In this document: piece after piece, positions 55,650 to 64,000 of the stretch
Layout of the letters: every line of letters starts with the position of its first letter
How positions within the stretch are numbered: the first letter of the stretch is position 1
From: Flavihumibacter sp.
Lineage (GTDB): Bacteria; Bacteroidota; Bacteroidia; Chitinophagales; Chitinophagaceae
Reading direction: 5' to 3'
Assembly: GCA_041751095.1 (NCBI GenBank)
Contig: JBGSYC010000128.1
Span: 559 to 64,558 of the forward strand
DNA: 64,000 nucleotides
Translations under genes and position numbers: made by a program
Notes under the pieces: generated by a model
Databases searched by the model: none
Seen by the model: only the letters and a program-made list of their open reading frames with translations
What the model was told of the DNA's origin: nothing

Positions 55650-56927
55650 TTAAGATAATGAAAATGCAGGAAAGTCATCGTTGCAGGCGTTTATTTTGTC
55701 TTGTAACAATTGCTGCTCGGCAAGTGATCTTGTCAATAAAAGGGCTTTCTGGTAGTGATGATGCGCATCTTCCCTGCAATGAAGGTCGAAATAGACCTCT
55801 CCGATAGCTGTATGGTAGAGATAATACTTCTCCATACCCTTGATCTGTTTCAGTTCTGCTAAAGCGGCTTCTTTGCTGATGGCATAGGACGCAGCAATGG
55901 CTTTGTTGAGTGCAACGAAGGGCGTTGGATGTTTGTCAGCTAATATCTTATAAAGAAAGTAAATGGCCCTCCAGTCAGTTGTTTCAAAGGAAGATGCGCT
56001 GGCATGCAGGTAAGCAATGGCTGCTTCAAGGTGATACACAGATGTTTCTTTTTCCGTGGCCTGATCCAGGAAAAAATATCCCTTTTGTATAAGAGGCTGA
56101 TACCACCTGCTTCGGTCCTGGTGCTTTAACAGGATGATGTTGCCGCCGTCGTCGAGCCTTGCTTTTAGCCGAGAGGCCTGGAAGCAAAAAAGCGCTAACA
56201 GTGCACTTGTCCTGGGAAGATTCGTTAAAGGGGTTTGGGTTAACATATACGCCATTCGCATCGCTTCCTGGCAAAGCTCCTCACGTATCAGTTGTTGTGG
56301 GTGCGAGGAATTGTAACCTTCATTAAACAGCAAATACAAGCAATGCAACACGGCATCAAGCCGTTGCTGCAACTGAGGAGAAGACGGCAGCTCAAGCTCG
56401 ATGTTCTCTGACCTTATTTTTTCTTTTGCCCGGTAAATGCGTTTGGCAATCGTTTCTTCATCTTTCAGAAATGCATTGGCAATTTCCGTAACGCTTAAAC
56501 CGCACAGCGTTTTCAAAGCGAGGGCGATCTGTGAATCAACGGGGATGGAAGGATGGCAACAGGCAAAAATCATTTTCAACTCGCTGTCTTCAATTTCTCC
56601 CTTTTCAAAAAATGAATGAATAGTGGGATTAGTCGTGTATTCAGACTGAAGTAAATACGCATGTTGGGAACGAACACGACGAAAAGTTTTTTCCCGCCGC
56701 AAATAGTCAACCGCTTTGTTTTTAGCTACATGGTACAGCCATGCAGCAGGATTATCCGGCGTGCCTTTATAGCTCCATGTATGCAGTGCCTGAAGCAGGG
56801 TATCCTGGGCGATGTCCTGCGCTGTTTGAAGATACTGCAGGCCCAAAAGTCTTGACAACACAGCAATCATCTTTCCCGACTCATGCCGGAAAAGATGATC
56901 TACTAATTGGTTGACGGGTTTTTGCAT
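55650..56927 (-). CDS. ECF-type sigma-70 factor with a long C-terminal TPR-like extension (ECF42-like)
   Basis: Sigma region 2 (DIAQDTLLQALHTW...NPAAWLYHVAKNKAVDYLRR) and region 4 (LKTLCGLSVTEIANAF), plus a C-terminal extension of about 230 aa. Confidence 0.8.
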   Translation of the reverse strand: MQKPVNQLVDHLFRHESGKMIAVLSRLLGLQYLQTAQDIAQDTLLQALHTWSYKGTPDNPAAWLYHVAKNKAVDYLRREKTFRRVRSQHAYLLQSEYTTNPTIHSFFEKGEIEDSELKMIFACCHPSIPVDSQIALALKTLCGLSVTEIANAFLKDEETIAKRIYRAKEKIRSENIELELPSSPQLQQRLDAVLHCLYLLFNEGYNSSHPQQLIREELCQEAMRMAYMLTQTPLTNLPRTSALLALFCFQASRLKARLDDGGNIILLKHQDRSRWYQPLIQKGYFFLDQATEKETSVYHLEAAIAYLHASASSFETTDWRAIYFLYKILADKHPTPFVALNKAIAASYAISKEAALAELKQIKGMEKYYLYHTAIGEVYFDLHCREDAHHHYQKALLLTRSLAEQQLLQDKINACNDDFPAFSLS

Positions 56928-56937
56928 GAATGCTGTT

Positions 56938-57276
56938 TTACATTTCTATCTTCATCACCTGCCGCACCTGTATTTGTCCGCCGTACTCGAAATCAGGGTA
57001 ATGCTGGCATTCGGCTACAGCCTCCTCCATGTTGTTGGCATTGATTACAAAATAACCACCTACAAGTTCCTTGCCTTCTGTGTAAGGGCCATCAGTTACC
57101 GTGGTCGTACCACTTACTAATTTTCCGCCGGGCAACAGCGCCTCCCCCGAATCATATTTTCCTTCGTTTTGAAGCTTTTCTACCCACGACATCCATTTGC
57201 CCATGTTGGTTTGCAGGTCCTCGGGAGAGGCGTCTTGTTTGAGCCCTCCATGAAAAATGAGCATGAACTTTTCCAT
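56938..57276 (-). CDS. YciI/DGPF-family protein
   Basis: 112 aa; MLIFHGG...GPYTE.KE.VGGYFVI pattern. Lies 10 nt upstream of the sigma gene. Confidence 0.75.
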   Translation of the reverse strand: MEKFMLIFHGGLKQDASPEDLQTNMGKWMSWVEKLQNEGKYDSGEALLPGGKLVSGTTTVTDGPYTEGKELVGGYFVINANNMEEAVAECQHYPDFEYGGQIQVRQVMKIEM

Positions 57277-57567
57277 AATGGTTGATTTTACGTTAAAAAT
57301 AGATTTTCCTTTTAACGAACCGGAAACAAGTTACCGGACAAATAAGAAAAACTTTTTTTTAGTGCCGGCATGGTGCTTTACAGGCTACTTAGTCGTATCG
57401 GTAACATTGCAGCACTAATGAAGGTGTGAGCCCTGAAATTGTGCTTTTAACAGCGGTGTTTGCAGGTTGATGTTTCAGCACGGTTTTCTCAGTGGAATAA
57501 TCTTTCCTCAATATCGGCATGTAAATTTATATTGAGAAAAATCTGTTAACTTACCTCTGTAATCCAT

Positions 57568-58971
57568 ATGAACCGGTCAAAAACACAAATAAGATCACTG
57601 GCTTTCTTTCTCTTGTTTATTTCGTGCATGCTACAGCAGCAGGCGGTCTCACAAATGACTACTCAAAAACCCAATGTTTTATTTATTGCTGTTGATGATC
57701 TGAATGACTGGGCCGGACCTTTTAAAGGTTACCCGGGAGTTATAACGCCTAACCTTGACCGGCTGGCAAATGAAGCCGTAATTTTTACCCGCGCGTATTG
57801 TCCGGCACCGGCTTGTAATCCTTCCAGAGCCAGTTTAATGACAGGGGTTCGCCCGGCAACTTCGGGGGTGTATCATAACGACCAGCCCTGGCGGCCCGTT
57901 TTGCCCAAAGCTGTTACATTACCACAGTATTATACAGCCCACGGCTATGATGTAGAAGGCATCGGTAAGATTTTTCATGATAAATACAATGACCGGGCTT
58001 CGTGGCCAGTCTATCATAAAGTAGAGCCATCTCCACACCCGGTTGCTGCACCTGTTCATGGTTTTGGACATTTCGACTGGAGCGCTATACCTGATAAAGA
58101 CGAGGACATGGGTGATTACAAAAACGTAGAAAAAGCCATTGCGTTTTTATCAGATTCGAGGAAAAAGCCGTTTTTTCTTGCTGTAGGGTTCACCCGGCCG
58201 CATTTACCATGGTATGTCCCTAAAAAGTATTTCGATCTTTATCCTTTAGAAAATATTACACTCCCCAAAACTTTAACAGATGACCTGGGTGATGTACCCG
58301 GGGCAGGAGTTAAAATCGCCAGGCCTGGCGGCGATCATAAGTTTATTACGGAACATGATCAATGGAAGAATGCTATACAAGGTTATCTGGCAAGTATAAC
58401 TTTTTCTGATGCGCAGATCGGTCGTTTACTGGACGCTTTAAGAAAATCCCGTTATTACAAAAATACAATCATTGTTTTGTTCGGTGATCATGGCTGGCAC
58501 TTAGGCGAAAAATCGCACTGGCGTAAATTTGCACTTTGGGAAGAAGCTACCCGGGTACCCTTGATGGTAGTGGCACCCGGTGTTACGAAAGGGGGATCAG
58601 TATCCGAACGTACAGTAAACCTGATGGATATGTACCCGACGCTGCTGGAATTAACTTCCCTGCCAAAAAAGGCAGGTATAGAAGCAAACAGTATTGTGCC
58701 TTTGCTAAAGAACCCAAAAGCTCCCTGGCGTTATCCGTCGGTGACTACGCATGGACTTGGAAACCACGCCGTTCGTTCTGAACGGTGGCGTTACATTCGA
58801 TATGAAGATGGTTCTGAAGAGTTGTACGATCACGACATCGATCCGCATGAATGGAAAAACCTTGCAGGCGATGCCAAGTTTACTTCTGTTAAAGCAGAGT
58901 TAGCCAGATCGCTGCCAAAGCTGAATGCACCGAATGCACCAGCGGAAAAAAGCAAAACGGTGGCTGATTAA
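57568..58971 (+). CDS. Sulfatase (Cys-type, iduronate-2-sulfatase-like), secreted, intact
   Basis: PNVLFIAVDDLNDW; formylglycine motif CPAPACNPSRASLMTG; GDHGWHLGE. Confidence 0.9.
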   Translation: MNRSKTQIRSLAFFLLFISCMLQQQAVSQMTTQKPNVLFIAVDDLNDWAGPFKGYPGVITPNLDRLANEAVIFTRAYCPAPACNPSRASLMTGVRPATSGVYHNDQPWRPVLPKAVTLPQYYTAHGYDVEGIGKIFHDKYNDRASWPVYHKVEPSPHPVAAPVHGFGHFDWSAIPDKDEDMGDYKNVEKAIAFLSDSRKKPFFLAVGFTRPHLPWYVPKKYFDLYPLENITLPKTLTDDLGDVPGAGVKIARPGGDHKFITEHDQWKNAIQGYLASITFSDAQIGRLLDALRKSRYYKNTIIVLFGDHGWHLGEKSHWRKFALWEEATRVPLMVVAPGVTKGGSVSERTVNLMDMYPTLLELTSLPKKAGIEANSIVPLLKNPKAPWRYPSVTTHGLGNHAVRSERWRYIRYEDGSEELYDHDIDPHEWKNLAGDAKFTSVKAELARSLPKLNAPNAPAEKSKTVAD

Positions 58972-59590
58972 ATATCAATCCAACCTCCCGGTTTTTTTAA
59001 CGTAACGGGTACGGGCGCTTACAAGAGGAAAGGGCGTTGCTGGATAAAAGCAGGTAGATTCCGGGCCTTCGAAGGTGAAATTCTTGATACCCGCATTGGA
59101 ATATCCACCCGAATGAACGAGGCGTGCTGTTCACAGCCATATTTCCTCTTATTCTTCATCACATACGCTTATGGCCTCAATGGTATCTTGCGGGGCGTTG
59201 ACCCTGAAAACGGCATGGATATGCGCGCTATAGTCAACGGACAACCCTTTCGCCTCAACTACAAAGGTAAAACGATGGACTGATTCCCTAAAGACGAATT
59301 TAATCAGTTTCTATAGGTAAACCATTAAAAGATTATACAGGCTTCAGGTATACCGCTGTCTTTTTCACCACTTTTTATTTATAAGGAGATCAATGGGCGT
59401 ACATTTTACCAGCATTTGGACTTCCTTGTACACTCCCCGATAAAGCCTTTCTATCCTCCCGGGACTTTCAAGCTGTTTAACAAACGTTGTTGCCACGGTA
59501 AGGATTTGAATTCATCCGGCGAAGCGTGTATAAGTTCGTTGCCTTTGTAATTCGCGCGTATATATAAGCTCAGCTATCAACAATACCAAA

Positions 59591-60838
59591 ATGAAAAATA
59601 AGTTTTCGCTTTTAATTGCAACGGGTTTAATGGCCTTATGTATCGATAATGTAAGTTTCGCACAGTTGAGACCGCCCAATCTAAAGGCTGCCGCAGACTT
59701 TGTACTTTTCACCGGTTCGGGGCAGGTAAACAACACCGGAACTTCGCAAATCACAGGAAAGATCGGTACCAACGGCGGTGGCACTATCACCGGTTTCACG
59801 TCTGTGCCAGGCCAGCAGGAAAGTGCAAACGCACTCACAGCGCAGGCTGCAACTGACCTCGAAACTGCTTATAACTACCTGTTTAATGCCGCTCCAACTG
59901 CGCCTCCCCACGGGACGGTATTCGGTAATAATGAGACCATTACGCCTGGTGTATATTCAACCACCGCAGCATCTTCTATCCAGGGAAATCTTATCCTTGA
60001 TGCACAAGGCGATCCGGATGCAGTATTTATTTTTAAAATAGGAGGCGCCTTTACCGCCAATCCATCTTCTCAAATCTCTTTACTCGGAAACGCAACCGCA
60101 TGTAACATATTCTGGGCAGTGGAAGGCGGTGAAATCATCATTGGTACGCAATGTGAAATGAAGGGAACTTTTATTGCACATCCGGGCGCATTTTCGATGG
60201 CCGCATCCAGTACGCTGATTGGGAGAGGACTGTCTTCTGCGGGAGCCATCGGTGTTAACGAGGTTACCGCATCTTTGCCCACTAACTGCACTACAGTGCT
60301 TCCTGTTGTTTTGATTTCCTTTACGGCCACCTGTAATCAACCCTACGTAGAATTAAAATGGGCTACCGCTGCCGAGACAAACAACAGCTTTTTCACAGTA
60401 GAGCGCAGCGTTGAAGCGCTGACATGGCAGGTGGTTGGATCAGTTGATGGCGCACGGGGTACCTCCCGCGTCAATAAATACGCGCTTACCGATAAATTCC
60501 CGGGCAAAGGGACTTCCTTTTACAGATTAAAGCAAACCGATCTGGATGGAAAATACAAATACTGGGACGTTATAGCTGCAAAAAGTTGTGGCACAAAATC
60601 TGAGGAGAGGTTGTCCATATATCCAAATCCCTCTTCAGGCAAATTTAACCTGTTACTGACAAGTGAGCCGGGCCGGGTCACTTCCATTGAAATATTCGAC
60701 GCGCTCGGACACAAAGTGGAGGGTTCAACCGGCTTTCAGCCCATGTTCGATCTTTCCGGTAAAGCACCCGGAGTTTATCACGTCCGGATACATACAAATG
60801 CAGGAATAATAAACCGGAAAATAATCCTGAAAAGATGA
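59591..60838 (+). CDS. Ice-binding-like (DUF3494) protein with T9SS C-terminal sorting domain
   Basis: AADFVLFTGSGQVNNTGTSQITGKIGTNGGGTITGF, TAQAATDLETAYNYL, TPGVY, ILDAQGDPDAVFIFKIGG, ATACNIFWAVEG; CTD SIYPNPSSGKFNL. Confidence 0.8.
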   Translation: MKNKFSLLIATGLMALCIDNVSFAQLRPPNLKAAADFVLFTGSGQVNNTGTSQITGKIGTNGGGTITGFTSVPGQQESANALTAQAATDLETAYNYLFNAAPTAPPHGTVFGNNETITPGVYSTTAASSIQGNLILDAQGDPDAVFIFKIGGAFTANPSSQISLLGNATACNIFWAVEGGEIIIGTQCEMKGTFIAHPGAFSMAASSTLIGRGLSSAGAIGVNEVTASLPTNCTTVLPVVLISFTATCNQPYVELKWATAAETNNSFFTVERSVEALTWQVVGSVDGARGTSRVNKYALTDKFPGKGTSFYRLKQTDLDGKYKYWDVIAAKSCGTKSEERLSIYPNPSSGKFNLLLTSEPGRVTSIEIFDALGHKVEGSTGFQPMFDLSGKAPGVYHVRIHTNAGIINRKIILKR

Positions 60839-60979
60839 TGAAAATGTGGTATCGCTGACGGACGGCTTTTTGCGAAACATCAAGGAAAAATTTTCTCCTG
60901 ATACCCATTGGAACACTCCTAATGTTTTGCTATTACCGCGCCAGGTTGGTAAAACAAGCTTAAAGAAAGTTATCTGGTC

Positions 60980-61254
60980 ATGCAGGTAATGTACAAGGAC
61001 TATCCGGTCAAATTATTCTTTAGCCGGTTTGGCAGGCGGGGAAAATGGCATCTGATATTATCGACCGATACTTCTCTTTTTTATATAAAGGCAATGGAGC
61101 AGTATCAGGTGCTGGAGCTCATGAAAATTATTATAGAAACATTAGAGATAATGTTGAAGATATTGACGCGAGCATTACCAGGCTTATCAATTCCGGTAAG
61201 TTGAAGGGAATACGTGAATTAATATCTCCCGGATACAAAGTAATGTTAACCTAA
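60980..61254 (+). pseudogene. Decayed C-terminal remnant of a DDE (IS4/IS5-type) transposase
   Basis: VKLFFSRFGRRGKWHLILSTDTSL..IKAMEQYQV lies in one frame, CWSS in a second and HENYYRNIRDN in a third. Together they mimic the ..LSTD....I...Y..RWSIE..FR.IK.. signature. Confidence 0.4.
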
Positions 61255-61424
61255 TTTAACTGCGAAACTTGAAGAATAATCTTCTATCTGCACCTCAGAC
61301 ACGTTACCGGGTTTACCCCTATTATAACAAATCTGTTAAAGATAACAGACAACCCTGCTGAGCAATGCCACATCTGGTATATTGGTACAATCATTGAATC
61401 TAATCAGCATATAAAACCTTTAAG

Positions 61425-62237
61425 ATGAGAAAATTGATGTTTCTTGCTCTTCTCCCTGTTGCTTTGTATTCATGTTCAACGAATGCAGTTACAGGCAGAA
61501 GCCAGTTATCACTTATTCCCGAAGCAGAATTGCAGACGATGGCTGCCCAGGAATACCGTACCTTTCTCACACAAAATAAAGTTGTTACAAGTACTGCCAA
61601 TAAAGATGCAGAAATGGTAAGAAGGGTAGGACAGAGAATTACAAATGCCATTACTCAGTATTATACCAGCAAAGGACAGGCAAACCTGCTGGAAGGTTAC
61701 CAGTGGGAATATAACCTTGTTGATTCGAAAGATGTAAACGCATGGTGTATGCCAGGAGGTAAAATAGTTGTATATACCGGGCTGCTGCCAATTACTCAAA
61801 ACGAAGCTGCACTTGCAGTAGTCGTAGGTCACGAAGTGACGCATGCTCTTGCCAAGCACGGTAATGAAAGGATGAGCCAGGGTATGATCCAGCAGTTAGG
61901 CGGTGTTGCTCTCGGAGTTGCACTTGCGAACAAAAGCCAGGAAACGCACAATTTATTTATGAATGCTTATGGCATCGGTTCCAACGTGTTAGGTGTTTTA
62001 CCCTTTTCCCGCAAACAGGAGTATGAAGCTGATCAGTTTGGGTTAAACTTCGCGGCAATGGCAGGATATAATCCACAGGAAGCAATTCCGTTATGGCAAA
62101 GGATGGAGAAAGCAGGGGGTGGAAATAAACCACCCGAGTTTTTAAGTACACACCCCGCGGAAGGCAACAGGATACAAAGATTACAGAAGCAAATGCCGGA
62201 AGCGTTGAGGTACTATAAGCCGATGAATAACCGGTAA
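61425..62237 (+). CDS. M48-family zinc metallopeptidase, lipoprotein
   Basis: Lipobox LALYSCS; HEVTHAL (HExxH); downstream EYEADQFG. Confidence 0.85.
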   Translation: MRKLMFLALLPVALYSCSTNAVTGRSQLSLIPEAELQTMAAQEYRTFLTQNKVVTSTANKDAEMVRRVGQRITNAITQYYTSKGQANLLEGYQWEYNLVDSKDVNAWCMPGGKIVVYTGLLPITQNEAALAVVVGHEVTHALAKHGNERMSQGMIQQLGGVALGVALANKSQETHNLFMNAYGIGSNVLGVLPFSRKQEYEADQFGLNFAAMAGYNPQEAIPLWQRMEKAGGGNKPPEFLSTHPAEGNRIQRLQKQMPEALRYYKPMNNR

Positions 62238-62261
62238 ACAATTAGCTAAATTTTATAATAT

Positions 62262-62298
62262 ATTCCTGTCACTATATTTTGTGACAGGAATTTTTTTA
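62262..62298 (+). terminator. Rho-independent terminator: ATTCCTGTCAC-tatattttg-GTGACAGGAAT followed by TTTTTT
   Basis: Perfect 11-bp stem and T-run, read directly from the sequence, 25 nt after the M48 stop. Confidence 0.8.
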
Positions 62299-62366
62299 TG
62301 TATGATCATATTAAGTTTGCTATCTTCGCACTCCTACAGCAAATTATCCACCAAAAACAATAGCGC

Positions 62367-62843
62367 ATGATGCAAACTTTGTTTGAAAAACTTCAATTCA
62401 ATGATGAAAAAAATCTTCTCATTCAGGGTTTACCTTCTACGATAGAAAAACAGTTCTGCAAATTATCATTTGCAAAAAACATGACTCCGCTTCTTAAGTC
62501 AAAGAAAATTGATTTTGCTTTAGTATTTGCGGTGAATGAAAAACAGCTGATCGGAATTTTATCCGACGTCTTTCCTGCCCTGCACTCGGAAGCTAAGCTT
62601 TGGATTGCGTATCCGAAAAAAACGTCCAAAATAGCAAGTGACCTTAACCGTGATTGTAACTGGGACACCATTATCGATGCGGGGTATGAACCTATAAACC
62701 AGGTATGCCTCGATCATGTATGGAGTGCCGTGCTCTTTCAAAAAGCGGAAAAGGTTTTTTCAATGGAAACTTTGCATTCCACTGCTGCGAGACCTTCTGT
62801 GGAAGCAGTTTCAAGAAAAAAGAGAAACGCTGTAGTTTCTTAA
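62367..62843 (+). CDS. Hypothetical protein (possibly DUF3052-like)
   Basis: ORF track only; no firm motif. Confidence 0.4.
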   Translation: MMQTLFEKLQFNDEKNLLIQGLPSTIEKQFCKLSFAKNMTPLLKSKKIDFALVFAVNEKQLIGILSDVFPALHSEAKLWIAYPKKTSKIASDLNRDCNWDTIIDAGYEPINQVCLDHVWSAVLFQKAEKVFSMETLHSTAARPSVEAVSRKKRNAVVS

Positions 62844-62982
62844 CCGATGTTTCCTTCCTGATCTTACAAACTAGAATGTTGTTATCGCGGAGCCATCGTC
62901 TGAAAAGATGAAGACTATCATAAATGAAAGTTGAAGGTCTGTCCCCTCCCCGGGCAGACCTTCAACAATTACAACCATCTTT

Positions 62983-63510
62983 ATGTCGTTTGTCAACATA
63001 GAAATCAAAGCAAGAACCGCAAGAACCGACGCAATAAGATTGTTTTTGCAAAACAATGGTGCGGACTTTAAGGGCGTAGATCATCAGACAGACACTTATT
63101 ATGAAGTACCCAAAGGCCGCCTGAAACTCCGGCGTGGAAATATCGAACGTGCATTGATCTATTATGAAAGAAACAACGACTTTGGACCGAGAAAATCTGA
63201 ATTCAATATCGTGTCTGTACACGATGACGGCCCGCTACATGAATTACTGGAAAACGCTTTAGGGGTTAAGGTGGTGGTAAAGAAAACCAGGGAGATATAC
63301 TTCATTGGAAACATCAAGTTCCACCTTGATACCTTGTTGCCTTTAGGTGAGTTTGTGGAAATTGAGGCGAGTAATAAATATGCAGAAGCTACCATTGAAA
63401 CGCTGCAGCAACAATGTGAGTTCTATATGAGAAATTTTGAAATAGAACCACATGACCTTGTCGATGTTTCCTACAGTGATATGCTGATGGCGTTACGCGA
63501 TGTCTGCTAA
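62983..63510 (+). CDS. CYTH-domain protein (class IV adenylate cyclase CyaB-like / triphosphatase)
   Basis: N-terminal NIEIKAR (ExExK), LKLRRG and EFVEIEA strands typical of the CYTH tunnel fold; 175 aa. Confidence 0.7.
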   Translation: MSFVNIEIKARTARTDAIRLFLQNNGADFKGVDHQTDTYYEVPKGRLKLRRGNIERALIYYERNNDFGPRKSEFNIVSVHDDGPLHELLENALGVKVVVKKTREIYFIGNIKFHLDTLLPLGEFVEIEASNKYAEATIETLQQQCEFYMRNFEIEPHDLVDVSYSDMLMALRDVC

Positions 63511-64000
63511 ACGCATTTTAGTTGTTATAGCCGTAAATTGCGGCATAATGTCCCGCAAAATGAAAAGGTTTTGAAAACTATACCGTGGGACCCACATCAA
63601 CTTTCTTACTTTCTAAATCAAGAGCCACCGTCTTCTAATAAGCTCATACAGCCGCATGTTATCAAAGATTCCTCTGAAAGAGAGAAAGAAACCTGTTTTT
63701 TGCTGTTATTGATTTACGTCATTTAATAATTGTGAGCTCTAAGGGTGAAACTTTTGGCAAATAGTGTTCAATTGGCTCAAACCCTATTTGGTTCAGGAGT
63801 GGAGCAAATAACCAAGATTAATATTTAAATCATATTGGTATCAGCTTTTTAAGAAGTATGGAGATGCTATTAAGGCAAATCCAACTGCTTTTGCTTAATA
63901 TTCAGTATTTTTTAAAAGATACTTCAAGCGGAAGGCATAATGTTGAAGGTAATGTGGATTATTATGAAGAAATTCAGAACTCCTTACTCCTCACAGTTTG

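Noticed and set aside
59113-59283. Untracked 56-codon ORF MNEACCSQPYFLLFFITYAYGLNGILRGVDPENGMDMRAIVNGQPFRLNYKGKTMD downstream of the sulfatase.
   Set aside because: I recognise no motif. It could be a gene tail fragment or noise.
61373-61392. CTGGTATATTGGTACA upstream of the M48 peptidase resembles the 22-bp AraR-like box.
   Set aside because: It is two nucleotides shorter between the half-sites, which changes the phasing, and it lacks the flanking AA and ACT. It is likely a chance match.
63964-64000. ORF start MKKFRTPYSSQF at the window edge, reminiscent of IS3-family OrfA starts.
   Set aside because: Only 12 codons are visible, which is far too short to call.
1-64000. A look for rRNA, tRNA and CRISPR arrays: cloverleaf-type GTTCGAATC/TPsiC arms, regularly spaced direct repeats, and 16S/23S-like stretches.
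   Set aside because: I found none by eye. The only tandem repeat is the 2 x 72 bp duplication at 31314-31457, which has no spacer structure. A tRNAscan/Infernal run would be needed for certainty.

Overview
This 64-kb segment looks like the chromosome of a soil-type Bacteroidota, probably Chitinophagaceae or Sphingobacteriia-like. The evidence is two SusC/SusD pairs, two cargo proteins with T9SS C-terminal sorting domains, TAnnTTTG-like promoter elements and no Shine-Dalgarno dependence. All calls come from reading the ORF track and the DNA by eye, so family names rest on recalled motifs, not on searches.

Gene content, in order:
- 0.7-11.9 kb: a secreted esterase, an SDR epimerase, and a minus-strand operon of GH127, cupin PGI, ROK kinase, long class I PMI-like protein, PMI-type cupin and MFS sugar porter. 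A divergent AraR-type (GntR+PBP) regulator sits next to it.
- 11.9-14.1 kb: a decayed polysaccharide utilization locus (PUL) made of sulfatase pieces and a gutted SusD.
- 14.2-26.7 kb: a Tat-secreted PhoD-like phosphatase, then an intact PUL (SusC, SusD, frameshifted sulfatase, SGNH esterase, CBM9-GH31).
- 27-30 kb: two Crp/Fnr regulators with a redox module (F420-reductase-like, DoxX).
- 32-42 kb: a second SusC/SusD pair next to gamma-glutamyltransferase and a YncE-propeller/phosphoesterase fusion.
- 42-64 kb: a mixed stretch with a CxxCH T9SS protein, a PVC-type heme-binding dehydrogenase-like protein, a small-ORF/nucleotidyltransferase pair, ArsR-SRPBCC, DUF433 with a decayed PIN-like toxin, an ECF42-like sigma factor with a YciI/DGPF protein, an intact sulfatase, an ice-binding-like T9SS protein, an M48 peptidase and a CYTH (class IV cyclase-like) protein.

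Most notable observations:
1. The orphan histidine kinase at 45471-46586 has an N-terminal three-helix membrane domain. It aligns residue for residue with the plant ETR1 ethylene-binding domain, including the Cu/ethylene ligands Cys and His.
2. A 22-bp box (AACTGGTATATACYKGTAYAYT) lies exactly 29 nt upstream of both the GH127 and the SusC start codons. A third copy sits in the decayed PUL. It is a candidate operator for the AraR-like regulator.
3. The density of gene remnants is unusually high, with at least 12 fragments.

I found no rRNA, tRNA or CRISPR array.
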